A stretch of 64,000 nucleotides of DNA from positions 124,001 to 188,000 of the forward strand of contig NW_005434639.1 of assembly GCF_000315625.1 (NCBI RefSeq), in the 5' to 3' direction. The notes beneath the pieces were generated by a model. That model was given only the letters and a program-made list of their open reading frames with translations, did no database searches and was not told the origin of the DNA. The stretch is from Guillardia theta CCMP2712 (Eukaryota; Protista; Cryptophyta). Of this stretch, positions 26,916 to 39,905 are shown one piece after another; within the stretch, counting starts at the first letter, position 1, and each line of letters begins with the position of its first letter. Position numbers and translations under genes: made by a program.

Positions 26916-29900
26916 CCTCAGGATCTGCAAGTTCCCTGCATCATCTCCTACCGCCAGCATCTCGTTAGACTTGGTGATGTCGAGGCTCGTAATCGCGTTC
27001 TCCAACTTCAGATAGCACTTGTCGAACCCCCGCAAGACGTCCCAGACCCTCACCGTCCCGTCTAGCGATCCGGAAACAACATACCTGACGGGCAATCAGC
27101 AATGGGCAAGAGCGAAACTTGGTGCGAAGGCAGTCACCTGATGTTTCTTCCGATCCTAGACTTCTGCCTTCCTTGACTCACTTCACTCTCGAGCAGGAAA
27201 CACTGCAGCCTTCTCAGCATCTTGCCGGAAACCCCACACAGAGTCACCTCGGATATCGATGCTCCATGTCCGATGAAGTACTGCAGCGGCGTGCCGTGGG
27301 TCGCATCCCAGAGGATCATCGTGCAATCCTCTGAGGCGCTCAGAATCACCTCCCCCGATCGATCCATCTTGCAGTTGATGATGGCGGCTTTGTGGCCCTC
27401 GCACACCATGACCTCCGTCCCCATGTCTGTCGACCACGGCATCCTGAAAGCAGCGAGATTGAGAGCATGAAAGAGGAGTGGAGGGGATGCGCTGAAGGGG
27501 AGAGGAGAAGTCACCTGCAGTCCCAGATGCGAACTTCCTTGTCGTCAGAGCCCGTCGCGATGAACCCGGTGTCCGAGATGCTGAGGCAGCGGACGGCGAG
27601 GGAATGGGAAGCGAAGGAGAACAACTGCAGGAGGAGGATTAAGAACGACTCGTGCATGCCGCAGCTCTGACCTGATCCCCCGTTAGGATGTGAAAGATTC
27701 TTGCCGTCCGATCTGCTGAGCCTGCACAGACGAAGGGTCCAAAGGGCAGGAAAGCCAGGCAGAGCACGGCTCCTTCGAACGAGCGTATCCTGCAAGCACT
27801 AATCAAGAGCCGAGGCCTGTATCCTTCTCAACGAACCTCTTGCGCAGGAGCCCGCGGTCGGCGTGCCAGATGGAGATCGACTTGTCGTACGAGCCTGACA
27901 CGATCCACGAGCCGTCGAAGAAGTAGGCCAGGCAGGTGATCCTGAACGTGTGCGCCCGCAGTTCGTGCTTGACGGCCCCCTTTTTCACGTCGATGATGTA
28001 GACCACCGAGTCCTCGCAACCCACAGCGATCTCCTCCTCCGACGCGCTCCAGCTGCAGCAGAGGAGGTACTGCTCCTTGGCCGCCCACAGCTCGAGCTTC
28101 TGCTTCAGGCTCATCTTAGTGAGCTTTCCTGAGTCTCGCTTGTACAGCTCCCTGCTCCTCGGGGAGTCAGGGTTGTATGTCAACTTCCATATGCACAGCG
28201 TTCGGTCGAGACTGCACGTGCACATGTGGATAGAGTCCTTGGTGAAGCTGATACCCTTGACCTCCTCCTCGTGGATCTGCTCGAAGGAATCTACGATGTA
28301 GTTCGAGACTTGCATCATCTCAAGGTAACCGTTGTCGTAGCCGATAGCGACGTACCTGGGAACAGCACGAGGAGAAGTCAAGAAAGTTCACAACTGTGCT
28401 CTCCCCTCACCTTCCGTTGGGTGTCGTTGCAAGCACCATCGCCTTCAGAACCTCCTTCTTGACCTTCTTCTGCACGGCGTTCAGCTCATGCAGCAGCGAG
28501 TAGCCCTCCTCGGGGGTCCAGAGCTTGTGAACCTCCTCATCCACCCCCCAGACGCGGACGAACTTGTCACGGCCACTTGTCAGCAAGGAACGGCCGTCAC
28601 AGCTGAAGGTCACGGCCAGCACCCCAGCTGTGTGTCCTCGCAGGACTTTCCCTCCGATGGCCCTCCTCACGTTCCAGACACGGAGGGTCTTGTCCTTGCT
28701 CCCGGTGACGAGCCTGTTGGTCTTGGGGTTGTAGTCGACGGAGAGGACGGGCAGCTTGTGCCCGGACAGCAGGGAGAGCAAACTCCCGTGCTCCACGTCC
28801 CAGATTCGACAGCTGGTGTCGTTAGACACAGAAACAAGGAGGGGACTGTCCGGGACAAACATGATGCTGTTGACGTCTCCTGTATGCCCCGACCCAGTCG
28901 TCGGGCCAGTTCCCAGCATGTGCCTCAGCTCTCCACTGGCAGCCTCCCAGATCCCGATGCTAGCATCCGCAGAGGCTGTGGCCAGCAAGCTTCCGTCCTG
29001 AGAGAACTGAACCTGGACCACAGCTTTGATGTGCCCCTTGAGGTGGTGGAGAGTGAGGCAAGAGTTCATGTTCAGCATGAAGCTGGAGTTGTCGTCTGAC
29101 GCTGAAGCGATCACGCACGTGTCCATTGTGTCCGACCTCCCCCTCCTCTCTAGCCCGTGAACCTTCCAGCTGCTTTCCCCCGGGCTGATGGCGACTTGGG
29201 TGACCGGGCCGACATGGCCGACGATCTTGGCGAGCTCGGTGGTGGAGAGTACTTCAAACGCTCGGATCGTCTTGTCCATGGAGCAAGTGATGACCCTGGT
29301 CTCATCAGCTGAGAACTTGACGCAGTTGATCCTCTTGTCGTGCCCAACTTTGACCTTCCAGATCTTCATGGCCCCATCCACACCGGCCGACACAGCTCTC
29401 AGGCAGTCATACGACAACAGGCACCTGGTACACCTGCCGTTGTGGCCTTGCGATGAGGTCCCGACGCTGTCGTCGCTGAACTGATCGATCTGCGAGCCGT
29501 CCGACGTGTCCCACAGCCTGACCGTCCCGTCGTCTGACGTGCTGATCACTTGCGGTCCTGTCATCCCCATCGCACATCCGTTCACGTTCCCCTTGTGCCC
29601 TCTGAAGAAGTTGAGCACTACCCCTGTGTTGGACTCCCAAGTCCGGACTGACCCGTCCATGGACGAGCTTGCGAAGGTGTCATGCCCGTAACCCCCAAAG
29701 CTGCACGCCAAGATGCCGTCGTGGTGCCCGAAGAAGACCTGAATGCACTCATACGTGTCAATGTTCCACAGCCTCAGCGTCCTGTCCAAGGAGGCAGACA
29801 CGATGAACTGCCCGTCGTTGCTGACGTCACAGTCTGTCACTGAGCCCCTGTGCCCAGCCAAGATGGCCCTCGTCTGCCTTGACTGGGGGTCGATTAAGTT

Positions 29901-32900
29901 CAAGGTGAAATCGTTCCCCGCTGTCACCATGCACTCCCCGTCCCTCGAGATCTTGATTCGATTGATCATGGAGGGATTTTGCAAGGACGCGAACCTTTTG
30001 CCATGAGCGTGATGAACCAAGATTGAGTTCTCCTTCTTCTGAGCGATCAGATCCCAGAAGGTAACGAAACCCTCCTGACTCCCCGTTACCATCTGAGTCG
30101 CATCCGCAAACAAGGCACAGCAGGTGGCGGAGTGCTGGGCTTCAGTCAGGGAGAACAACTCTACACCGTTGTGCGTGTCGAACACGTGCATCTTGTTGGC
30201 CTCAGTCACACAGCTCAGGTATCTCGAGTCAGGAGTGAACGAGAGATCGGTTACCGCGGATCCCAGGTGGAACACAGCAGTCAGGCTCTTCTTCTGCAGC
30301 TTGTTGAGCATCTCCAGCCATCCTCGCGTCTCAGTCCCCGTCATCATCATGAACCTGGAGGCGATGGACGGGGCCATGGAGAGCGGAGAGTTGGCAGCGA
30401 GCTGGAACGTGTTTGACGGTCGGTAGACAATCTCAGCAGCGTTGGTCTTGACGAACTCATAGAAGTCATGGATGAGCTTGAAGGTCTCTACCTTCATCTC
30501 CCCCTGCAGGGACTCCACTGCGATCCTGTAATCCTCCAGCATCTCAGGGAGCTGACCGAAAAGCACTCGCATCTCAATGAACCGGATGCTGCAGAGCAGC
30601 TCCTTCACCTCCTCCACCATTCTTGCTCGGATCGCGTGATAGGGAGCCTCGCTAAGCCCTCGAGCCTGCTCGTCCGTGATGATCCTGCTGTAAATCCATC
30701 GCTCCTTGCCCTCGCCGAGCATGTCGAGATCGAGCTCCAAGAAGCCATGATAGAACATGTTGGCCAGTTCCCGGTGAATCCTTCTCTCACGCTCTGAGGA
30801 CTTGATCACCTCGTCGATGATGAAGCGAGAGAGGGAGGTGTGGGTCAGCAACAGCGCCTGCTCCCCACCATGGTCGAACCAGTTGCGGTTCTTCTGAAGG
30901 AGGTGGGAGATCTTCAGCAGCACGTAGCGGAACCTGTGGTACCTGGGCTTCACGTCCCTGAGCTTGATCATCTCCCAGATCTCTGTCTCCAGCAGCCCTC
31001 TTCTGGAGCAGGAAAGGTACTGCAGGATGTCCCGCATGTAGGGCGCGGCACCTCCCAGCTGCAGCTGGAGGGTCTCGAGGTAAGAGGCGAGCAGAGACGA
31101 CATTCTGTCCGGGAGCTTCTCGATGAGAGTCTTCATCCCCGCGACGTTCTCTTCCTGCCCGACTTTCAAGGACAGCTCTGCAGTGAGCATCGAGTAGAAC
31201 AAGGCGGAGTTCCTGACAAACCGCTGGGTGTGGTTGAGGTATGACGAAAGTTTAGACTTGATGGAATCCAAGTCTGCGGTCTCAGCCCTTGAGGTGAAGA
31301 TCGCGCTCTGAATCATCGCCATCTTTGACTCCATGCTGAGCTCGTTGAGCTCGATCTCGTTGGTCTGCCAGCCTCTCTGCTTCACCCTCAGCGTGTGTAG
31401 CTCCTTTGCACACCGCACGGGATCGATGGAGAGGATGATGCGAACAGGAAAGCATGGCGGCCCCATGAACTTCTCGGGTACCCAGTCTACCGCTGTCAGG
31501 TGCTGAGTGGTGAACCTCGTGGCATTGATTCTCCACATCTCCAGCTCCTCAAGTGAGTCGACGATGAGAAGCAAGCTGTCTCCCTGGAAGGAGGCAGACG
31601 CCAGGTTGCAGTACTTGGGGAACGTGTGGCACAGATGCTCGTAGTCTTGATCAAGCTCGCCTTCCTGCTGCAGGTAGAAATGCTCTGATATGCGCAAACA
31701 GAATCGGTGGAGCATGCGGACGGGGTCCCTGCTGGAGCCCGTGGCAGTGGTGAAGTGAATGTTCGGAAAGATCTTCGCCTTCGTTCTCCATCCTTTTTTC
31801 ACAATCTTGGAGGTGACAGGATGCCGCAGGTCCAGGTACTCGTGCACAAAGTTCATGAGGAAGGCCGTCTTTCCCGATCCACTCGGCCCGATCACCAGCA
31901 TTGGAGTCAGCCGATGCTCGTCATCGCAGTACCTGATCAGTTTCTCCGTCTCTTCCTTCCTCCCTACAAATGAGTCGGGAACTTCCGAACGGTAGATGAA
32001 GAAATCCATGTTCCTAGTGTCGATCTCAGCGTTGGAATACGAGGTGCCCTCCTCCCCTGAGAACACCATGTTCAAGTGATGCTGAATCTCCGTCTTGACA
32101 AAGTCTGCGTACTCAATCAGATCTCCTAGCTGGTACCCGAACTTGTCATCGCTCTTGGCGTAGGAACACTTGTAGTTCTGCAGCAACTTGGAATTGGATT
32201 CAATGGTCACAGATTTGGCGCAAGCATTTCTCAGTCTTCTCTGCATGGCATCCCTGTCATGTCTCATCTCTTTGAATACATGCTGCTTGTCTGTAGGAAC
32301 GTCGGACATGAAGTCATATCCTCGTTGCAAGATCAGGATTCGCTTCACCCCGTCTTGAAAATCATTCACCGGCGCAACTGCTTTTGGGCTCTGTCCTACA
32401 GTGTTCTTCTTCAACCCCTGCCCCTTCTTCGATCGCAATTCTCGTATGCAAAGAGCGGCTTCCAACTCCTGGTAAGAGCGATCGGGAGGATAGTTATCCA
32501 GCCATTCATGCGCGCTGCTCAGTTCAACTCTCGATTCATCAGCAGGGATCTGCCCATACTTTCTACCTTGCAGCAAGACAACACAATGAGAGCTCTCTAT
32601 CTCATGAAATCTTAGCTCCAGTGAGCACAGGTGAGCTTCAGCGTCTGTGAGACCATCCTGCAGGAATTTCAAGACGACCTTCTTGCCCCTCTGCCCGGCC
32701 ACGTTGTGGAGATGACTGTACACGTCCGAGTACATCAGTTCCAGCTCTGACTTCATATCCTCACATGTTGCGCTGACATAGATAACGTAAGTCTGCCACG
32801 ACTCCCTCATATCCCACTTGAACATCTCCGGAGGCTGAAGTACGTGCTTCATCTTATCCTCAACCTGGGTAATGTAGGTCTGAGGAGTAGGCGGCCTGGG

Positions 32901-33536
32901 GGGCTCATCGTCTTGGAAGAAGTCTTCGTCCTTTGCTTTCTTCTTCTTCTTCTTCTTCTTCTTGCCCGACCCTACAAACATCGTTGTTCTCATAGATTGC
33001 TCCAGGCCCGTCGACATGGCGCTGGCTGCTACTTCTTCCTCAGTAGTTGACAGCATCTGTTGGAACGCCTTGAAAACGCTGCTTCTCTTCCCCTGCTCTG
33101 CTGTCAGAATTGTGCAGATCTACATCATACTAGTTCACCGCTCCTGCTTTCTTCTCGGGTCGAGTGTCTTCGACAATCGTACCAGGGATGACCTCCCCGT
33201 TGTCATCTTTGATGGGAGAAGGAGGCGGCTGCGCGTTCTCATCGAGGTCGCAGATCATCTCTCTTCGCTCTCTCATAAGAGCGTTCTCGGAATCCACTTT
33301 CAAGACTCTCTTCTTCCATCGGAACGGGCCCCACCGTACAACCTTGTAATCATAGATGTCCCCTGAAGACTTCAGTCAGGAATAAACCCATAGATCGGGA
33401 GGAAGCAGACAAGATGACGCCATTGAACAACGCAGGCACATCATCTCTTACCATACTCCTGGAGCTTCAACTTGAGTTTGTTCCTCTCCTTCTGCTTCAG
33501 CACCCTCTTCTCCTCGATTTCTTCGATATCAGCCAT
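26898..33536 (-). CDS. DUF4062-like + NACHT/STAND P-loop ATPase + ~21-22 WD40 repeats (TEP1 C-terminal-like / NWD-like), multi-exon
   Basis: Spliced start MADIEEIEEKR at 33536 (exons 33536-33452, 33362-~33139, then a ~4.7-kb exon containing ORF 28407..33056). Motifs: WQTYVIYVSATCEDMKSELEL...HEIESS...QGRKYGQIP (DUF4062-like); FVGRKEE...VIGPSGSGKT (Walker A); LLLIVDSLEEL (Walker B); GH...WD repeats continuing through short-intron exons 28381-26898 and ending LAVGDDAGNLQILRLRNLK. Confidence 0.88.
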
Positions 33537-34221
33537 CGTAGCCTATCCGACTCTCAACTTTCTCAAGTTGGCGTCGAAGTCCACGGAATCAGCAGCCTGC
33601 GTTCACCTCGCATCATGACATCTCATATAGTAGCTAGTTGCATGTCTTCGGCGTCGGCAGATTGTGTCTCACTGGTCTGCTGCCGCCATGGTTGTCGTGC
33701 AGCGTTGCCCGCCATCGGGCCATTTCGTGGGCCAACAACAGAAACAGTTCTCAACCACACCCATGCAGGGCAGTAATAAAAGAATAATAGAGAGATTAGA
33801 GGAGCTTTTACTGCCTTACGGAGGGGAAGGTGTTTTTAGGTTACTACCACTTTTTCACGAGCTTGCTGTCCTTCTAGAAGACGTAGTGGCTGGTAGGACC
33901 GGTCATGCTACAGCCATGGCGGACGGCAGCGGCTCCGGTTAGGAGAGCATGAGGCAGAGAGCGTGAGGAGGAGGAAGAGAGAGTGAGAAGCTGACGGGAA
34001 AGAAAAAAGAAGAGGAGACAGTTTACGGCACTTTCAAATCAAAAGGTGGAGGACAATCATTTTTTAGAATTCTTGGCTCCTGAAGTCGCAGAGACAGAGA
34101 GGAAAGAGAGTGAGAGAGGGAGAGAAGGACGTACTTGATAGAGAGTGAGTGAGTGAGTGAGTGGAGACATTGAGATACTTGTTTGCGTTTCATGGTGTTT
34201 CGCCTCCCACAGAAAAGGACC

Positions 34222-34734
34222 ATGGACGTAAACAATTTCATCAAAAATCGAAAGTCAGGGGAGTATTTTGAGGATTCGAATGCCCTGGTAGCCACTCTAG
34301 CGTTTGAGTGCTCGTCCAGTCATCGAACAGTTAGCAGAGAAGGAGCTCGCACCTCCAGAGAAGACCCGGTCTACTTCTCTCACGAGAAGAATGTGAGGAT
34401 GGTCAAGAAAATCCCCAAGGCAAAATGTGTTGTGCTGCCGCATGTGTTGCCTGCCTCAGGGCCCATTGCATGGCCAGCAGCACCAAGTGTAAACGACTCT
34501 CCTACAGCCTCGAGGAGGGAGACTGCGTTCAGCCCCGACCGGAAACCCACACCAGAGACAAGACCGAAGCAACTGGAACCTAGCCCGTCAAGCAGCCCCT
34601 CGCGTGACGGAAACATCAACCCCCAGCATGTCAGTATCAACCTCAAGACCGAGCGAAGCCCTGGACCTGAGGAAGCGCTGTTTGAGATCGAACGATGCCC
34701 TCCATCTCCTAGACGGACTGAAGGGAATCCTTGA
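34222..34734 (+). CDS. Hypothetical Pro/Ser-rich protein (possibly a terminal exon)
   Basis: Open frame MDVNNFIKNRK...RTEGNP preceded by a pyrimidine tract-CAG acceptor-like site; no recognisable domain. Confidence 0.35.
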   Translation: MDVNNFIKNRKSGEYFEDSNALVATLAFECSSSHRTVSREGARTSREDPVYFSHEKNVRMVKKIPKAKCVVLPHVLPASGPIAWPAAPSVNDSPTASRRETAFSPDRKPTPETRPKQLEPSPSSSPSRDGNINPQHVSINLKTERSPGPEEALFEIERCPPSPRRTEGNP

Positions 34735-34793
34735 TTGTTGGTGATTTGGAAAATTCTATTTGAAATTTGGCTCGTTGATAACTATCTTTTGGA

Positions 34794-37246
34794 CTATAAT
34801 ACAATGATGTGCATATCCTTCCTTTCGGCACAATACAGTTCCCACATAAGACTGCATGCCACCTCCAGCTTTCTCACACCCAGTCGCGTGTTATACAAAG
34901 AACTTGTCCATCTGCTCCTCTCCAGATCAGCTCGCAGTGTTCTTCGCAGCTCCCTTCCTCTCTGTCCAGCTATCAACCGTTTTCCCACCTCCACGAAGTC
35001 TTCTTCGTTTCGAGCAATCAGCTGCGTTTGCCCCAGACTGCTCAGGATCGACGAGGCGACGCGGGAGGCGAAGAGCATTCCCGGCCTGCTCAGCAACGGC
35101 GTCCCCATCCATAAGACATCCATGGCCACAGTGTGAGCATTGACAGGAAACGTGTCGAGGACGATGTCCGACAGGCCGCATCTGGTTGGTAAGGTCAGGC
35201 AAGGAAACAAACTTGCGTCACTCTTCTCAACGTGTCAAGTGTGAGAGAGGTCTACATCACCTTCGGATGAATTCCACGATCTCTGTCTTGTACGTCCAAA
35301 ACAATTTCTCGGCGGCGATGCGATGCGCGGAGGCGTGAAGTTCATAGCGCCTACTGATCCTCTCGCCTTGTGGCCCCTCCAAGATTTGCCAGAAAAGCGA
35401 AGTTTCCTCTTCTCTCACGATGTCGGCCCAAAGTTTGAACGTCTCTGGATTCACTTTGTACATCTTGACAGCAAGTCAGTTCGAGAGATCCCACGATGTG
35501 AGTTGGTCACCTGATTGAAATTCGAAACAACCGTCTTGTTCGCAGGCAAACCCAGCAACCTTCGCTGTCTTTCTACGTATTCCTCTCGTGAGGGAGACCC
35601 GGCAGGACCGGAAGTTTCCTGCTCCCTTGCCTCCTCAAAGTGATACCTCCTATGATCGTTGATGTAATAGCAGCCCGGTAGCACCACCAGCTTCTCCGAG
35701 AAACTGAGGGAGATTTCGGGTGTGGTGGCAACGATGTCAGTGATGAAGAAGTCCATGTACTTCGCTCCCATCGTCCCAGGATATCCCAGATACGTCGCCT
35801 GCACAGGTGCGACTTTGTACGAGAGGACATCACTTCTGTGCCCGGCAGTCCAACCGTTGAGATTGAGGAGGACATCGATGTTGAGTCGTCGGATTTGCTG
35901 GACGGCAAGGTCAACCGGCATGAGAGGGTCGACGTGGGTCATGTTGCAGTCTCTTGAGATCTCCACCTGCCAGAACTCACTGGCGTTGGAATGGCCCAGG
36001 TTGAGGCAGCGCAAGGAGACCTTGCCCTTGTCGTGGAGGGGAAAACTTCCTTTCAACAGATGCGAAGTCGCATGAGCGGCGAAGTCCGACGAGAAATATC
36101 CCAATACAAGTCTCTTCCCTTGTTTGGCTCTCCTTCTCCCTTCATGGACCTCCTCGAGCAGCCTATCGGACTTGAGATGCCCGGTCTGACCTCGGGAGTA
36201 GATGATCGATGCTGTCAGGAAGTCGCAGAGCTGCGGGTTCAGCAAGAGGTACTCGTGAGGCTGCAAGAGCGATCCAACGCCGACCCCCGAGAAATCACAA
36301 CAAGAGAACAAAAGGGAATCGACATCTTTCCTTGCCATGGTTGTTTCGCACAGATGACTCGGAAGAATCCTAGAGATGTATTGCTTGCTCATGTAGCTTG
36401 CCAGGGCCTCCGCATGAGACAGGAGAAGCTCCCACCTTGCCATCCTCGCAGCATTGACAAACGAGCCAAGAAGACAGAGAGGTCTCCTCGACGTCTTCAT
36501 CCTTGAAGCAAGATAGAAGAGCCTCGCTGCTTGGTCATGCATCCCCTGCTTGTTGGAGCAGATTGCCGCCCCGAAGAAAGGGTCATCGTTCCTTGCTCCG
36601 AGCCTCCAGGCGACTTTGAAACACCGGATGGCACCCTCACATTCTCCTATACCCAGCAGGAGCCCTCCAAGTCTGTTCCACACCTCCTGTCTGGTCAACA
36701 ACGCGGATGGGCCGGCAAACAGGATCCGCGCCATGTCGTTGAGGGACGTGTGTCGTATGTCGCTGCCCTGCACGAACAGACTTGAGCAGTCGAAGTAGGA
36801 GTCGATGAGCATGTCTCTGATCTGATGGCTCGCAGAACTCGTTCCTGCGATCCTGAGGGCTTCCGACATGCATTCGACATTCTCCTCGCACTTGCCTTGC
36901 GCCTTGTAGGTCTGACCGAGCGCGATGTAGGACACGTAGATGGTAGGATCAAGTTTGAGCGCCGACTTGAGCTGGTCCTGTGCCAGGTCCTGCCTTCCCT
37001 GATAATGATATGCGATGCCAAGGTTGTGCCTTGATGACACGCTGCGCGGATCCTGAACGACGCAGTCATAGTAGGCCTGCACTGCTTCGTTCAACCTGAA
37101 GGTGCGTTCGTCAGTTGATCGCATGGGAGGAGGATGCAGGATGAGCACCTGCCATTATCTCGCAGAGCTCTGCCTCGAGGACAGTCATCCTCCCCCGCTA
37201 CCACCAGCATGACAACTGCCGCCATCACAACCGCCCGCGTCGCCAT
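34794..37246 (-). CDS. TPR + GT41 (OGT/SEC-like O-GlcNAc transferase) with predicted N-terminal signal peptide, multi-exon
   Basis: Exon 37246-37149 (MATRAVVMAAVVMLVVAGEDD...) splices over a 53-nt GT-AG intron in frame into TPRs (NLGIAYHYQGRQDLA). GT41 motifs: LGYFSSDFAAHATSHL; LNLNGWTAG...APVQATYLGYPGTMGAKYMDFFITD; NFNQ|MYKVNP; LDTFPVNAHTVAMDVLWMGTP...FASRVASSIL. Confidence 0.88.
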
Positions 37247-37557
37247 GCGGCATGCCCCCGACAAAGTCAACTGAGGCGGACCTGGGATATTGACATCCGC
37301 TTGCACCTCACTCAGGACATGGCCGAACCTCGGAGCAGGCGGCTCTTCATGCTGCTGCGCGGGATTGTGTGATGGCTGACGCGTTGGCGCGTCAACGAGA
37401 ACATGCAGCTCTACTTGTCCCTGCTCATCCCTCCTCCTCCTCCTCGCTGCCACCTTGCTCTTGCCCCTCCCTCTCTGCCTACGTATGACCTCTTCGCTTG
37501 TTGGCTTTCAAACCTTTGTTTGTCGGTTGCACTTCTGATACCCTGGAAGTGCAGGTC

Positions 37558-38328
37558 ATGGGGAACAACGTCAGCTTCGACTGCTGTGGGAGCAGAGCAA
37601 AGGATGTGCCCATCGAGCGCCGCGCTCAGAGGCCTGATGGACAAGCCCTGCAGGTTACGTGAGGTATAGCATGCAATCTGCTGAAGTGTGCAATGCAGTC
37701 GTCCACAGGAGCGCAGAGCACTTCCGAAGAGCCGAAGCAAAGGATAGTGCTGCAGACAAGTCTGGAGCAGAAGCACGATGAATCCATCTCCGAGGGCGCA
37801 GCTGAGCAAGATCAGGGAGGAGTTGGGATCATGTTGGTCCATGCACAAGGCAAGTGGGTCGTCAAGTCGGTGATCAAGGATTCGCCTGCATGGTCCTCTG
37901 GCAAGATTGCTGAGGGTGATGTGTTGCTGAGGTTTGGCGCTGAAGAGCTAGCTCAAGTTTCTCTGACTGGAGGTTTCTTGTGCAGTGTGGATGGGAACGA
38001 GGTTGAAAGTATTGAGAACCTTGGTGAACTATCGAAAATCCTGATGGGTGCGTGAAGCATGGGGGTCAGAAACTTGCCAGCTGATAGCATACAACAGGTC
38101 CAATCAATTCCGTAGTTGTCTTGCGATTCTCCAACAGCAAGACATCTGAATTGACTCACGTCACGCTGGTAAGGACAACCGACTTCACGGGTCAAGGTGA
38201 AATTCTCTGATTTGATTCGACGTGCGATGAATGATCTGAGCGGCTGACTAGGAAACGACAAGAAGCGCGTGTGGCGAGCGACTCGCACTGACTGGGTCAA
38301 TGATAACATTGAGTGTGCAGACATATAA
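37558..38328 (+). CDS. Small PDZ-domain protein with N-terminal myristoylation/palmitoylation-like motif, multi-exon
   Basis: ATG 37558 gives MGNNVSFDCC; 45-nt intron at 37654-37698; PDZ motifs GGVGIML...VVKSVIKDSPAWSSGKIAEGDVLL|SVDGNEV...ELSKILMG|PINSVVVLRF. The 3' end is either 38210 or, after one more intron, 38328. Confidence 0.7.
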
Positions 38329-38749
38329 GAGGAGGATGGGAATTGCTTCCTCGATTATTAGCACTTTTGCGTAGTACGATACCACACAGTAATTTAGAAA
38401 GCCCTTAGTTTGTTTCTTCCTTTCTTATCTCTTATTCTTACAACCAAGACAACTGGGATATTTTGTCTGCTGGTGGAATCATTATCATCGTCTTCGACGT
38501 GGACGATTCTCTTGCTTAGCCAGCTCTAAACTTTCTCATGATTTGAAATAAATCAACAATACATCATCTTGCGCTCTTTGCTTTTGACGAGCCTGTTTCA
38601 ACATGCAAAGCTTTCGTCTGCAGGACACAAACTCGATAGAGATCGACATGTCAGCGATAGACCTTTGAAAGTGGAAACTAAGAAGAATCAAACAACACCT
38701 TAAAACATTCTTAATGATCAATCGGCAGCTAGTCTGCCTCAGCATTCCT

Positions 38750-39330
38750 CTCAGTGGCTTCTCCTTCCGTTCACAGCTACTGTGGCTATCCAGGCCCTCG
38801 TCCGCCCTCGTCGACCTCCCTCACATCTCTTCAGTACCTCATGACTCACCAGCTTCCCCATCCTGGTGACGACTGAGTGGCAGGAGAAGGGAAGGAGGTA
38901 TCGCGAGAGAGGTCGTCCTTCCTTCGGCCTGCACTGCTGGAGGTCCAAGTTTGCTCGGCCCGAGTTGGTTGCCCACCTGGAGGTTGCCTCGGCGTTGCTT
39001 TGCCTGACTGAATGAATGATGCTCGTCGGTGAGTTGTTTGCAGGAGAGGTTTGCAGGTCCGAGGTCCTTGAACATGAGAACCTGATCCTTGCCTTCGATC
39101 AGCAGGGACTTGAGGTCTGGCATGTCGATATCACGCTTGTCACGCTCAGCATAGAAGGCAGAGACGAGGGTTTTTGACGTGCTGGTTGAAGTCTCCTGCG
39201 ACTATCTCGAGCAGGAGGAGTAGCACGAGGAGGACGACATGGAAGATTAGGAGGAAAAGGAGGACTGTGAAGATAAGGAGAACAAGGAGGACTGATTGAG
39301 GTCAGTCATGGTGATTCCGTTGCGGTCCAT
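38750..39330 (-). CDS. Possible hypothetical spliced gene
   Basis: Coding-like frame (SQETSTSTSKTLVSAFYAERDKRDIDMPDLKSLL...) with an upstream ATG at 39330; exon structure not resolved. Confidence 0.3.
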
Positions 39331-39519
39331 GAAGGAGCGGAGAAGGGAAACGAAGCAAGGGCCTTCGGAATGGATGGACCACTACCCCACCTCTTGACAT
39401 TAATCGGAACCCGTTCTTTCTTCGGCAAAAGTACCGGTGCATCAAGGACATTGAATCACCCCCACCGTCCTAAATGATGATGCAAAAAACCCACAAACAC
39501 TGCCTGCGTAATAATTTAG

Positions 39520-39905
39520 ACTCGCCGGCCCGGGAACCGTTTGAACCTCCGACCATCGGACCGTTCTCTCTGATGGAACGTATGCCAGCCGTGCCAGTCA
39601 GATAGCGCCGAGTTAACAAAAACTCTCCTGTAAACCAAGACGACTTACGTGGCGAGATCTGCGTGACTTTGGACTAGTACAAGTCTAACAAACTTGTATT
39701 CCGGAATACATGTGATCGGACCGGCCCCGGAGATCATCCGCGGCGGTTTGCGCGGCTGTCGAACGACTCCCGTTTCAAATTTCAGTTCAACGGTTTCAAA
39801 ATTCCCTATGGCTCACGGGTCACCGGCCCCGCCCGGCCCACCGTTGTGCCGGGGTCAGAACGGTTTGCCGCCCACCCGGTGACCGGGCCAGGGCTGCTGG
39901 GGGCG
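39520..39905. promoter_or_regulatory. CCGG/GC-rich intergenic block upstream of the MAPK gene, apparently between divergent genes
   Basis: Dense ccgg/gccc motifs, near-palindrome cccggtgaccggg at 39875-39887; shares cggtgaccgggcc with the block at 59434-59446. A regulatory role is inferred. Confidence 0.35.

Noticed and set aside
2-37246. Idea that the signal-peptide GT41 enzyme and the giant secreted protein form a functional cluster
   Set aside because: Only proximity (~9 kb, with unrelated genes between) supports it; gene neighbourhood is weak evidence in a eukaryote.
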